Positions 14,418 through 24,088 of a DNA stretch of 45,080 nt are shown here, piece by piece. Each line of letters starts with the position of its first letter. Position 1 is the first letter of the stretch. Made by a program: the position numbers and the translations under genes. This DNA comes from Chthonomonadaceae bacterium (lineage in GTDB: Bacteria > Armatimonadota > Chthonomonadetes > Chthonomonadales > Chthonomonadaceae). The notes below the pieces were generated by a model. That model was not told the origin of the DNA and searched no databases. It saw only the letters and a list, made by a program, of their open reading frames with translations. The stretch is from the NCBI GenBank assembly GCA_035650735.1, contig DASRGZ010000184.1, positions 1-45,080 on the forward strand. Reading direction: 5' to 3'.

Positions 14418-14441
14418 ATTTGTATTGGGCGGAGGAGAACG

Positions 14442-16898
14442 ATGGGACGCACGATAAGCAGGGACGTAACGGCGGCGCAATCCGCATTTGAGGTCGCCAT
14501 TCGCCAGCATGTGCAGTACTCGCTGGCCAAAGAGCCGGAAAATCTCTCCCATCGGGACGTCTTCCAGGCCGCGGCGCTGGCCGTGCGCGACCGGATGGTA
14601 GACCGAATGCTGGAAACCGAGCACCGATATCGGCAGGCGGATGCCAAGCGCCTCTACTATCTCTCCATGGAGTTTCTCATCGGGCGCTCGCTGGGCAACA
14701 ACCTCTGCAACCTGGGGCTGTGGGACCACTGCGCCGAGGCGCTGCGTGCGCTGGGCGCCGATCTGGAGGAGGCGCAGGAGAGCGAGCCGGACGCGGCGCT
14801 GGGCAACGGCGGGCTGGGACGCCTGGCCGCCTGCTTCCTGGACTCCCTGGCGACCCTGGATATGCCCGGCTACGGCTACGGCATCAACTACGAGTACGGC
14901 CTGTTCCGCCAGGAGATAGACAACGGCTACCAGAAGGAGAACCCGGATAACTGGCTGGCCTACGGCACGCCCTGGCAGATCGAGCGGCCCGAAGAAGCCT
15001 GCCTCGTGCCAATGTATGGACGGATCGAGCACGGCGAAGACCGCTACGGCAACTACAACCCGATGTGGCTCGATTGGAAGCATGTCGTCGGGGTGCCCCA
15101 CGACATGCCCATCGTCGGCTACGGAGGGCGCACGGTCAATTATCTCCGGCTTTTTTCGGCCCGCTCCTCCTTTGAGTTTGACATGCAGATCTTCAATACG
15201 GGGGACTATATCCGGGCCGTGCAGCAAAAGATCGGCTCCGAAACGGTCTCCAAAGTCCTCTATCCCTCGGATACCATCGAGGCAGGGCGCGAATTGCGGT
15301 TGCAGCAGGAGTATTTTCTCGTGGCCTGCGCCCTCCGGGACATCGTTCGGCGCTACACGCAGGATCACGCCACCTTCGATCAGTTTCCTTCCAGGGTCGC
15401 CATCCAGCTAAACGATACGCACCCGGCGCTGGCGGTCGCGGAGCTCATGCGGATTCTGGTGGACGAGAACGATCAGCCCTGGGAGACGGCCTGGGAGATC
15501 ACGCAGGCGACGCTGGGCTATACCAACCACACGCTGCTGCCGGAGGCGCTGGAAAAATGGCCGGTGTCCCTGATGGAGCGCGTACTGCCGCGCCATCTCC
15601 AGATCATCTATGAGATCAACCGCCGCTTCCTGGATCAGGTGGCCTCCGTCTGGCCGGGCGACATCGGGCGGCTGCAGCGTCTGTCCCTGATCGAGGAGGG
15701 AGCGCACAAGCAGGTACGGATGGCGCACCTGGCGATTGTCGGCAGCCATTCGGTCAACGGCGTCTCCGCCCTGCACACCGAGCTGATCAAGACCGCGCTG
15801 GTGCCCGATTTCTACCAGCTCTGGCCGGAGCGGTTCAACAACAAGACCAACGGCGTGACCCAGCGCCGCTGGCTGCTCAAGGCCAACCCCGGCCTGTCCA
15901 ATCTGATCACGGAAACCATCGGCGACCGCTGGATTACCGACCTGAACCGCCTGCGGGAACTGGAGCCTTACGCGGAGGATGCGGGGTTCCAGCAAGCGTT
16001 TCTGCGGGTCAAGCGCGACAACAAGGCCCGGTTGGCGGGCCTTATTCGGGAGACGGCCCGTGTGGCTGTTGACCCGGACGCGCTGTTTGACGTGCAGGCC
16101 AAACGAATTCACGAATACAAGCGCCAGTTGCTGAACGTGATGCATATCATGGATGAGTACCTGAGCTTGATCGAGGACGGCCAGGAGCCGGTCGTGTCCC
16201 GCGTCTATATCTTTGCGGGCAAGGCCGCGCCGGGTTACTGGGCCGCCAAGCAGATCATCAAGCTCATCCACAGCGTCGGGCAGGTCATCAATAACGATCC
16301 GCGCGTCCAGGGACGCCTCAAAGTCGTGTTCGTTCCCGATTACCGGGTCACCCTGGCGGAGCAGATTATCCCCGCCGCCGACTTGAGCGAGCAGATTTCG
16401 ACGGCTGGCAAGGAAGCCTCAGGGACCGGGAACATGAAATTTGCGATGAACGGCGCGCTAACTATCGGCACGCTGGATGGGGCCAATATCGAGATACAGG
16501 AAGAGGTCGGTGCGGAAAATATCTTTATCTTCGGGCTCAAGGCCGAGGAGATCCAGCAGATGCGGGAGCAGGGGACGTATCACCCCTGGGAGCACTACGA
16601 GCGTTCTCCGGCGCTGCGGCGGGTCCTGGATGCCCTGAACGAGAACGTCTTCTGTCCCAGGGAGCCGGGCTTATTTGGCTGGATCTATCAGGTGCTGCTG
16701 TACGGCGGAGATCCCTATTTCCACCTGGCGGATATGCCCTCGTATAGCGAGGCGCAGGCACGGGCGGGCCAGGCGTTCACCGATCCGGCAAGCTGGGCGC
16801 GCAAGGCCATCCTGAATGTGGCTCGGACCGGGAAGTTCTCCAGCGACCGCACGGTGGCGGAATACGCCAGGGACATCTGGGACGTCAAAAGCATCTGA
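14442..16898 (+). CDS. glgP: Glycogen/starch phosphorylase
   Basis: Motifs LGNGGLGRLAACF, QLNDTHP, KRIHEYKRQ and the PLP motif EASGTGNMKF; RBS GGAGGAG. Confidence 0.97.
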   Translation: MGRTISRDVTAAQSAFEVAIRQHVQYSLAKEPENLSHRDVFQAAALAVRDRMVDRMLETEHRYRQADAKRLYYLSMEFLIGRSLGNNLCNLGLWDHCAEALRALGADLEEAQESEPDAALGNGGLGRLAACFLDSLATLDMPGYGYGINYEYGLFRQEIDNGYQKENPDNWLAYGTPWQIERPEEACLVPMYGRIEHGEDRYGNYNPMWLDWKHVVGVPHDMPIVGYGGRTVNYLRLFSARSSFEFDMQIFNTGDYIRAVQQKIGSETVSKVLYPSDTIEAGRELRLQQEYFLVACALRDIVRRYTQDHATFDQFPSRVAIQLNDTHPALAVAELMRILVDENDQPWETAWEITQATLGYTNHTLLPEALEKWPVSLMERVLPRHLQIIYEINRRFLDQVASVWPGDIGRLQRLSLIEEGAHKQVRMAHLAIVGSHSVNGVSALHTELIKTALVPDFYQLWPERFNNKTNGVTQRRWLLKANPGLSNLITETIGDRWITDLNRLRELEPYAEDAGFQQAFLRVKRDNKARLAGLIRETARVAVDPDALFDVQAKRIHEYKRQLLNVMHIMDEYLSLIEDGQEPVVSRVYIFAGKAAPGYWAAKQIIKLIHSVGQVINNDPRVQGRLKVVFVPDYRVTLAEQIIPAADLSEQISTAGKEASGTGNMKFAMNGALTIGTLDGANIEIQEEVGAENIFIFGLKAEEIQQMREQGTYHPWEHYERSPALRRVLDALNENVFCPREPGLFGWIYQVLLYGGDPYFHLADMPSYSEAQARAGQAFTDPASWARKAILNVARTGKFSSDRTVAEYARDIWDVKSI

Positions 16899-17715
16899 GC
16901 GCATGGTCGCCGGGCGGATCCAAGGTCGGTGGTTCCGGCCCGGTACAGACCGCGCACGCGCTGCGTCCCTGTCTTCGCGCTTCCGGGTTCAGCCGGCCCT
17001 CTATCCAGTCGAGGAATCGGTGAAAGCGCGCCTGAACAACCTCAGACGGGGTATGGATGTCGCCGAGCGCAAAGTGCGGACGGTCGTACTCTACGGCAAA
17101 GGGACAGGCATGGAACTGGCCGGCGCTGGTCAGCGTGGGGTAGCACCGGTAACACAGGTTGGGCTCCCCTGGCGCCTCGGGTCTCTCGCGCTGCCTGCCG
17201 ACCGGCACCACAAAGGCATGGGAGAGAAAGAGGCGACCGGGATGGGCCGCGTGGTAGGCGCGGAGATAGGCTAGAGCTTTGGCCGGCAGAGGCGGCTCGC
17301 CGGTGCCGGTGGTGATGGCGTAGTTGAGAACTATACGTAGATCGAGATCGGCCTCCAGCAGCGCGGTCAACACATGCGGACGCAGGCCGTTGCTGAAGAT
17401 CGTGATGGCCCCGGCAAAGCCTAGAGTGCGCAGGCAGGTAATCGTCCAGCGCAGGTTGTGGGGATCGAGCGTCGGTTCCCCGCCATAGATCTTAAGGCTG
17501 CCCTGCCGGGCCACCAGCCGCACGGCGGCGCGCAATACCTCCTCCGTGAAAGGGACGTGGTGCCCTTCCGGGGCGCCGCTAACGCAGCAGAAGGCGCAGG
17601 CGCGATTGCACCGGGAGCCGTGATAGAGATGGAGCTCATCCAGTCTGCCGGGCTGCGGTTGGATGGCAAGGACGGAGTTCTCGAACGGCGGGAAAATTTG
17701 TTGGCTAGCGCTCAT
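16885..17715 (-). CDS. Radical SAM protein with C-terminal Cys-rich (twitch/SPASM-like) region
   Basis: CNRACAFC (CxxxCxxC), GGEP, SNG; extra cysteines in CYRC, HACP and CAVC. Confidence 0.88.
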   Translation of the reverse strand: MSASQQIFPPFENSVLAIQPQPGRLDELHLYHGSRCNRACAFCCVSGAPEGHHVPFTEEVLRAAVRLVARQGSLKIYGGEPTLDPHNLRWTITCLRTLGFAGAITIFSNGLRPHVLTALLEADLDLRIVLNYAITTGTGEPPLPAKALAYLRAYHAAHPGRLFLSHAFVVPVGRQRERPEAPGEPNLCYRCYPTLTSAGQFHACPFAVEYDRPHFALGDIHTPSEVVQARFHRFLDWIEGRLNPEARRQGRSACAVCTGPEPPTLDPPGDHALRCF

Positions 17716-17815
17716 TTTGCAGTCGCTTTTCGGAACGAATTTAACTTAACCAATCTTTGCTGTCTATAAGAAAAAGCCCTCCTTCCGCTCTCATCTGGAA
17801 AGGAGATCTTCGCGC

Positions 17816-18982
17816 ATGGGCCAGTCTTCGCTGCATACCGGACCGACCGAAGCGCCCGAGAAACGCGCCATGTGGTTTTCCTGGGCGCTGGTGCTGCTGT
17901 TCCTGTTGATGGTGGTCGCGACCGTGCAGTATTTCCAACGCCACAAGCCCTCCAACGCCTTAACCGGCGACTCCGAGGAGGCCACCGCGGCGCTCTCGGA
18001 CCTCCTGGAGAAAACGCCCCCGACACGGCGCGTCCCGCTCCTGCTCAAGGACGTCGGCGATCCCAGCCCGGGCTTGCGCTATGCGGCGGTGGATGCCCTG
18101 GGCGAGGAACATGGCCCGGCGGCAGCCGAGGCTATCGAGCGGGCTTTCACCGATTCCTCTTCCGTTGTCCGCCAGCGCGCTCTGGAGGTACTGCCTAAAG
18201 TGGACCCGGAACGCGGCTTCCGGATGCTGCTTTCGGGGCTGCGCGATGAAGACTCCTGGATACGGGAGGCTGCCGTAACGCAGCTGGCCCTGGTCGTCCG
18301 ACAAGCGCCCGCCACAGGCAAGCGCGCCGTCCCGACCCTCATCGCCGCTCTGGACGACCCTGATCTCGTTGTTCCCACGCTGGCCATGCGCGTGCTCCAG
18401 ATAGTAACCGGGCATCCCTGGCGGATCAAGCACCAGACACCTCCGGCTCAACGGCAGGCTATCATCCGTCATTGGCAGCAATGGTGGGCAGGCGAACGCG
18501 CCCACTGGAACCTGCCAACGGAATTTGCCAACGTCGCCCCCATTCGTCCGCTGCGGGGCGATCCGGCCCCCGACTTTCGGCTCCGGGACACAGAGGGCGG
18601 CGCGATCAGTCTATCCGCCCAGCACGGCAAGGTGACGCTGCTCAGCTTCTGGGGTACCTGGTGCCCTCCCTGTCAGCAGGAGGTTCCCGATCTGGTCAAG
18701 CTCGATCAGACCTACCGGCAGCAAGGGCTGGACATTATCGGAATTGCGCTGGGTGAGCTGGAAGGCGCGGAAGGGTTGCGGCGCTGGTGCCGGGCGCACG
18801 GGGTCGGCTACCGGCAGGCGCTCTCCAGCGAGGCGGTGCAGGAAGCCTATGGCGACATCCATGAGGTGCCGGTCTCGGTGTTGATTGATAGGAAAGGCGC
18901 TATCCGGTATCGGTGGGAAGGCGAGCGCGATTTTGAAACCTTTCGAGCGGCGGTGGAGCGGCTATTGCAGGAGGCGCCTTGA
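17816..18982 (+). CDS. Membrane-anchored HEAT-repeat plus TlpA/thioredoxin-like fusion protein
   Basis: N-terminal TM helix; HEAT-like repeats (LKDVGDPSPGLRYAAVDALG, DSSSVVRQRA, DEDSWIREAA); C-terminal APDFRL...FWGTWCPPCQQEVP. Confidence 0.88.
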   Translation: MGQSSLHTGPTEAPEKRAMWFSWALVLLFLLMVVATVQYFQRHKPSNALTGDSEEATAALSDLLEKTPPTRRVPLLLKDVGDPSPGLRYAAVDALGEEHGPAAAEAIERAFTDSSSVVRQRALEVLPKVDPERGFRMLLSGLRDEDSWIREAAVTQLALVVRQAPATGKRAVPTLIAALDDPDLVVPTLAMRVLQIVTGHPWRIKHQTPPAQRQAIIRHWQQWWAGERAHWNLPTEFANVAPIRPLRGDPAPDFRLRDTEGGAISLSAQHGKVTLLSFWGTWCPPCQQEVPDLVKLDQTYRQQGLDIIGIALGELEGAEGLRRWCRAHGVGYRQALSSEAVQEAYGDIHEVPVSVLIDRKGAIRYRWEGERDFETFRAAVERLLQEAP

Positions 18983-19064
18983 GGTTAGCTATTCCCTCTC
19001 AAGGTTCCAGGGGCTGGGGTTCTACTCGGCTAAGCAAGTTGCAAGAGTCCCTGGAGGTTAGATA

Positions 19065-19167
19065 ACCCAAGTTGCTACCTAGGAACACGTTTGAGAGAGA
19101 ATCGCTCTGGAAACCGGCTTTTGCATCACCGTTTGCCTTCTCGAAGAGGCAAGGTAGCAACTTGAGT
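19065..19167. mobile_element. 103-bp MITE with 16-bp terminal inverted repeats and 6-bp target duplication
   Basis: TIRs ACCCAAGTTGCTACCT / AGGTAGCAACTTGAGT (15/16 match), flanked on both sides by TAGATA (19059-19064 and 19168-19173). Confidence 0.8.
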
Positions 19168-19192
19168 TAGATAATCCCTGGCCGGGGTTGCC

Positions 19193-19222
19193 TTGACACC
19201 GCCCGCATCTCCCGACTATAAT
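19193..19222 (+). promoter_or_regulatory. Consensus sigma70 promoter of the GH57 gene
   Basis: TTGACA-N18-TATAAT. Confidence 0.75.
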
Positions 19223-19294
19223 AGCGCGAGCCTTGAGGATATTCCCGGCAAACAGCCGCCCGCCGGCGGCGCAGCCCGAAAGGAAACGCCTGCG

Positions 19295-20560
19295 GTGACC
19301 CTCGTTACGTTTTTCTTCTTTGCGCACCAGCCTGTGCGCCTGCTTCCCTATGAGCGCCGCCGCCACGATGGGCCGGTCGCGCCCGAACAGTTCTACGACT
19401 ACTACTTTGATGAGGAGCTGAACCGCACCGTCTTCCAGAAGGTGGCCGAAAAGTGCTACTACCCGGCCACCCGCCTGTTCCTGGATCTGGTTCGGCAGCA
19501 CAAGGATACCGATAAGCCGTTCCGCATCTCCTACGGCCTGTCGGGCACGTTTCTGGATCAGGCCCGCCGCTACGAGCCGCATCTGATTGAGATATTTCAG
19601 GAGATGGCCGCCACCGGCTGCGTCGAGTTCACCGGAGAGACGTATTATCACTCGCTCAGCAGCCTGTTCGATTGGCAGCGCGTCGAGTTCCAGGAGCAGG
19701 TCAACAAGCACGCTGCCGAGATCGAGCGGCTGTTTGGCCGCCGCCCGACCTTCTTCCGCAACACCGAATGCCTGTTCAATAACGGCATCGCCGCCACTGT
19801 CCAGAGCCTGGGCTTCGAGGGCATCCTCACCGAGGGCGTGGACTGGCTGATGGCGGGCTGGCGCTCGCCCGATTTCGTCTACACGGCCCCCAGCGGCCTG
19901 CCCGTGCTGCTGCGCAACTACCGCCTCTCCGACGACATCGGCTACCGCTTCCCCAATCGCAACTGGGAGGGCTGGCCGCTGTCTGCCGAGACGTTTGCGA
20001 ACTGGCTGGCAGCGAATACGGATATGAACGTCACGCTCGCCCTGGACTACGAGGCGTTCGGGGAGCATATCTGGGCGGATACGGGCATTTTTGACTTCCT
20101 GCGCGCCCTCCCCGACGCCATCAAAAAGCATCCGCAGCTGGAGTTCTCCACGCCGACCGAGGCCATTCGCCGCCTGCCGCGCTGGGGCGAGGTTTCCGTG
20201 GACGACTACGCCACCATCTCCTGGGCCGATAAGGAGCGCGATACCTCCGCCTGGCTCGGCAACGAGATGCAGCAGTTCTGCTTCGAGGAGATGAAGCGGA
20301 TGGAGGAGCCTATCAAGGCGACCGGCAATCCCTACTTCCTGGAAGCCTGGCGGCTGATGCAGACCAGCGATCACCTTTACTACCTTTCCGACAAGGCCCT
20401 GAGCGACGGCGACGTGCATAAGTACTTCAGCGCCTACGGCAACCTCTTCGAGAGCTTCATCCGGCTCCATACTGCCCTCTTCGATCTCTTCCACCGCGCC
20501 GACCGCCTGCTCCACCCCGCGCCGTCTCCCGTCCGCACCTTTACTGATGCCGAAACCTAA
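19295..20560 (+). CDS. Glycoside hydrolase family 57 protein (alpha-amylase-like)
   Basis: Motifs HQP, ETYYHSL, FRNTE (nucleophile Glu), DYEAFGEH, SWAD and TSDH. GTG start at 19295 after AAAGGA. Confidence 0.92.
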   Translation: MTLVTFFFFAHQPVRLLPYERRRHDGPVAPEQFYDYYFDEELNRTVFQKVAEKCYYPATRLFLDLVRQHKDTDKPFRISYGLSGTFLDQARRYEPHLIEIFQEMAATGCVEFTGETYYHSLSSLFDWQRVEFQEQVNKHAAEIERLFGRRPTFFRNTECLFNNGIAATVQSLGFEGILTEGVDWLMAGWRSPDFVYTAPSGLPVLLRNYRLSDDIGYRFPNRNWEGWPLSAETFANWLAANTDMNVTLALDYEAFGEHIWADTGIFDFLRALPDAIKKHPQLEFSTPTEAIRRLPRWGEVSVDDYATISWADKERDTSAWLGNEMQQFCFEEMKRMEEPIKATGNPYFLEAWRLMQTSDHLYYLSDKALSDGDVHKYFSAYGNLFESFIRLHTALFDLFHRADRLLHPAPSPVRTFTDAET

Positions 20561-20673
20561 AGCCCGAAGCGGCCTTTACGCGCCTGTGGTAAAATGTCTG
20601 CAAGCTAGAAAGGTTTCTAATCCGAGGGCAGCCTCGTAACGATTGAGCCGCTATCATTTCGCGGGAGGGGAAG

Positions 20674-22170
20674 GTGGGCACGGAAAAGTTCATCCTGGCG
20701 CTGGATCAGGGCACGACAAGCTCGCGGGCGATACTGTTTGACGCGGCGGGACGGGTGCGCGGCGTCGAGCAGCAGGAGTTCCCGCAGATCTACCCGCAGC
20801 CCGCCTGGGTCGAGCACAACCCGGAAGACATCTGGAACAGCCAGCTTGCGGTTGCGGCCCGGCTGCTGCAATCTCAAAATGTATCCGCCAGCGACATCGC
20901 TGCCATCGGCCTGACCAACCAGCGTGAGACAACCCTCCTCTGGGAGCGGGCCACCGGTCGGCCCGTCGCCAACGCCATCGTCTGGCAGGATCGGCGCACG
21001 GCCCCGCTCTGTGACGAACTTCGCGCTGCCGGCCACGCGCCCCTGTTTCAATCCCGCACCGGCCTGACGCTCGATCCCTATTTCTCCGGCACGAAAGTGC
21101 GCTGGCTGCTGGATAGCGTGCCCGGCCTGCGTGAGCGGGCGCAGCGCGGCGAGATCGCCTTCGGAACGGTGGATTCCTTCCTGCTCTCGCGGCTCTCCGG
21201 CGGCAAGATCCACGCTACCGATGTCTCCAATGCCTCCCGCACCTTGCTCTACAATATCGTTACCGGCGACTGGGACGACGAAATCCTGGCCCTGCTGGAT
21301 ATTCCCCGCGCTCTCCTGCCGGAAGTGAAGCCGAGCAGCGCCCTCTACGGCGAAACCGTTCCTTCGTTGCTGGGCGCGCCCGTCCCACTGGCGGGCGTGG
21401 CGGGCGATCAGCAGGCGGCGACCTTCGGGCAGGCGTGCCTTCAGCCGGGCATGGTCAAGAATACCTATGGCACCGGCTCCTTCCTGCTAATGAACACCGG
21501 CCAGACGCCCCACTTCTCCGACAACGGCCTCCTCACAACCATTGCCTGGCAGATCGGCGACAAGATCACCTACGCGCTGGAGGGCAGCGTCTTCATCACG
21601 GGCGCGGCGGTGCAGTGGCTCCGCGACGAATTACAAATCATCCGTACCGCCGCCGAGATCGAGCCTTTGGCGGCCTCCGTGCCGGATAGCGGCGGCGTCT
21701 ACTTCGTTCCGGCATTCGTCGGGCTGGGCGCGCCCTACTGGGACGCCTACGCGCGGGGCACTATCGTCGGGCTGACGCGCGGCGCCGGGCGGGCGCACAT
21801 CGCCCGGGCCACCCTGGAGGCTGTCTGCTACCAGACGCGCGACGTGCTGGAAGCCATGCGCGCCGACAGCGGCCTGGAGATCGCAGAGCTGCGTGTGGAC
21901 GGCGGCATGACGGTCAACAACTTGCTTCTTCAGATGCAGGCCGACCTTCTGGGCGTTGCCGTCGTCCGGCCCGCCGTCACGGAGACGACGGCCCTGGGCG
22001 CGGCCTACCTGGCAGGATTGGCCGTCGGCTACTGGCGCGACACCTCGGAGATCGCCGCCAACTGGGCCATAGGCTCGACGTTCCACCCGCAGATCGGCGC
22101 CGAGGAGCGGGCCGCGCACGTGCAGGGCTGGCAGCGGGCCGTCGAACGCGCCCGCGCCTGGGCGGCATAA
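20674..22170 (+). CDS. glpK: Glycerol kinase
   Basis: Motifs [36 protein letters not shown] and KNTYGTG. Confidence 0.98.
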   Translation: MGTEKFILALDQGTTSSRAILFDAAGRVRGVEQQEFPQIYPQPAWVEHNPEDIWNSQLAVAARLLQSQNVSASDIAAIGLTNQRETTLLWERATGRPVANAIVWQDRRTAPLCDELRAAGHAPLFQSRTGLTLDPYFSGTKVRWLLDSVPGLRERAQRGEIAFGTVDSFLLSRLSGGKIHATDVSNASRTLLYNIVTGDWDDEILALLDIPRALLPEVKPSSALYGETVPSLLGAPVPLAGVAGDQQAATFGQACLQPGMVKNTYGTGSFLLMNTGQTPHFSDNGLLTTIAWQIGDKITYALEGSVFITGAAVQWLRDELQIIRTAAEIEPLAASVPDSGGVYFVPAFVGLGAPYWDAYARGTIVGLTRGAGRAHIARATLEAVCYQTRDVLEAMRADSGLEIAELRVDGGMTVNNLLLQMQADLLGVAVVRPAVTETTALGAAYLAGLAVGYWRDTSEIAANWAIGSTFHPQIGAEERAAHVQGWQRAVERARAWAA

Positions 22171-22175
22171 GATTC

Positions 22176-22348
22176 CAACAGGATGAACAGGATTTAGCAG
22201 GATTAAACAGGATTTCTTAAAACCAACCCAACCGAATACCTATGCCTCTGGACTTCAAGCTGATTGGAAGGCTTTTGTCTCTCTAGCCCTAATCCTGTAA
22301 ATCCTGAGTAATCCTGTTCATCCTGTTGAGATTTTTTAGCGGGTGGTT
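22176..22348. repeat. Family D element (ACAGGAT / ATCCTGT inverted arrays)
   Basis: Four CAGGAT units at 9-10 nt spacing facing four ATCCTG units (22176-22328), followed by AGCGGGTGGTT, the same end as the 14194-14417 element. Confidence 0.85.
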
Positions 22349-22370
22349 CAGATAGAGAGGCAGGTTCCGC

Positions 22371-24074
22371 TTGGGATCGGAGGATTTAGGCAGCGGTCGC
22401 TATCGTGCGCTTGTGGGCCAGGAGTTTGACCTGCTGATCATCGGCGGGGGCATTATTGGGTGCGGCATTGCGCGGGATGCGGCGCTGCGCGGCCTGCGTG
22501 TGGCGCTCTTTGAGAAGGAAGACTTCGGCTACGGCACCTCATCGCGTTCCACGCGCCTCATTCATGGGGGCCTGCGCTACCTGGAGCGCTATGATTTCGG
22601 CCTCGTTCAGCAAGACTTGCGTGAGCGCGAAATCCTACTTCGGATCGCTCCGCATCGGGTCAGGCCGCTGCCGTTCCTGGTTCCCCTCTATCGCCGCTCT
22701 GCCTTCTACCGGGCCAAATTGCGCGTCGGCATGTGGCTCTATGATGTGCTTTCCTACGGCAAAAGTCTCCCAAACCACCGCTTCCTCAGCCGCGAAGAGA
22801 CCTTACAGGCTGAGCCGGGACTGGCGCCGGACGGATTGCAGGGCGCCGCGCTCTACTATGACGCGCAGGCGTCCTTCGCCGAGCGCCTCTGCATAGATAA
22901 CGTGGTAGATGCCGCCGCGCACGGCGCACAGGTTTACAATCATACCGAGGTGACAGGACTGCTGCGCGGCGAGAAGGGCTGGGTTACGGGCCTGAGAGTG
23001 CGGGACAGGCTGACGGGCGAGGAAGCGGAGGCGCGGGGAGCCGTCGTTATCAATGCGGCGGGGCCGTGGGTGGATGCGCTGGAACAGAAGCTGGCCGGCT
23101 CCTCCCGTCCGCGCCTCCGCCTGACCAAAGGCATCCATTTCGCCGCGCCGCCCGCCGTGCGGCACGCGCTCGTGCTCTTTTCGGAGACGGATGCGCGCCT
23201 GTTTTTTGTTATTCCCTGGATGGGCTATGCCTGGGTCGGCACGACCGACACGGATTTTAACGGCGATCTCGATGCCGTGCGCACCACTGGCGAGGAGGTC
23301 TGCTACCTGCTGGAGACGGTGGGAAAGGTGCTTCCGCGGGCGGATTGGCGCAGCATCTACTTCACCACCGCCGGCGTGCGCGCCCTCGTTCGGGAGGACC
23401 GTCCGAGCGCCCGTGAGTCGGATGTCTCCCGCAAGCACCGGCTGGTTGTCCACACGGAAGCAGAAGGTCTGGCCGGCATGATTTCGGTCCTGGGCGGCAA
23501 GCTCACGGCATATCGATCTATTGCCGATGAGGTCGTCACCAGAGCCTATCGGCTGCCAACCGAGCAGTATCTTGCAAAGAATCCGGGCGTCCGCCTGCGC
23601 CTGCGTCCGCTGCGGCCCTGCACCACCCAGAAACGGCCCTTGCCCGGCGGTGACTTCAAGGATCTGGAGACTTTGCGCGAGGAGGCCCGCCAACACGCCG
23701 CCGCTCTCGGCCTCGATGCGGATCAGGCCGACCATCTCGTTTTTCTCTACGGCACGCGCTACACGCACATTCTGGACCTTATCCGGCAGAGGCCGGAATT
23801 GGGCCGACGCTTCGCCCCCGCCTACTCGGATGTGCGCGCGGAAGTCCATCACGCCGTCGCGCAGGAGTTTGCCCGCACCGCCCGCGATTTCCTAATGCGC
23901 CGTGCGCCCCTCTTCTTCACCCCGGACCAGGGCCAGCAGGCCGCGCTGCCGGTCGTGGAGGAGATGGCGGACCTTTTCGGTTGGGATGAATCCCGTTGCC
24001 AGGCCGAATTGAGCGCCTACCAGGCCCAGGTCGCGCGGGCGCAAGCCTTCCGGCAGGAGATGAGGAAAAGCTAG
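22371..24074 (+). CDS. glpD: FAD-dependent glycerol-3-phosphate dehydrogenase
   Basis: Motifs IIGGGIIG, GTSSRSTRLIHGGLRYLE, NAAGPW, GTTD and GGKLTAYR; directly downstream of glpK. Confidence 0.93.
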   Translation: MGSEDLGSGRYRALVGQEFDLLIIGGGIIGCGIARDAALRGLRVALFEKEDFGYGTSSRSTRLIHGGLRYLERYDFGLVQQDLREREILLRIAPHRVRPLPFLVPLYRRSAFYRAKLRVGMWLYDVLSYGKSLPNHRFLSREETLQAEPGLAPDGLQGAALYYDAQASFAERLCIDNVVDAAAHGAQVYNHTEVTGLLRGEKGWVTGLRVRDRLTGEEAEARGAVVINAAGPWVDALEQKLAGSSRPRLRLTKGIHFAAPPAVRHALVLFSETDARLFFVIPWMGYAWVGTTDTDFNGDLDAVRTTGEEVCYLLETVGKVLPRADWRSIYFTTAGVRALVREDRPSARESDVSRKHRLVVHTEAEGLAGMISVLGGKLTAYRSIADEVVTRAYRLPTEQYLAKNPGVRLRLRPLRPCTTQKRPLPGGDFKDLETLREEARQHAAALGLDADQADHLVFLYGTRYTHILDLIRQRPELGRRFAPAYSDVRAEVHHAVAQEFARTARDFLMRRAPLFFTPDQGQQAALPVVEEMADLFGWDESRCQAELSAYQAQVARAQAFRQEMRKS

Positions 24075-24088
24075 TGGGCGGCCTCGGC

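Noticed and set aside
19193..19294. Longest-ORF N-terminal extensions (GH57, and also ORFs starting at 3221, 5871, 5999, 12026, 25981, 33044, 34895, 34906, 38501)
   Set aside because: The extensions run through promoters, repeats or upstream genes; downstream starts have better RBSs and match family N-termini.
19079..20515. 478-aa antisense ORF opposite GH57 (likewise 24599-26092, 36344-37450, 43538-44488)
   Set aside because: Each fully overlaps a well-supported gene on the other strand and lacks motifs.
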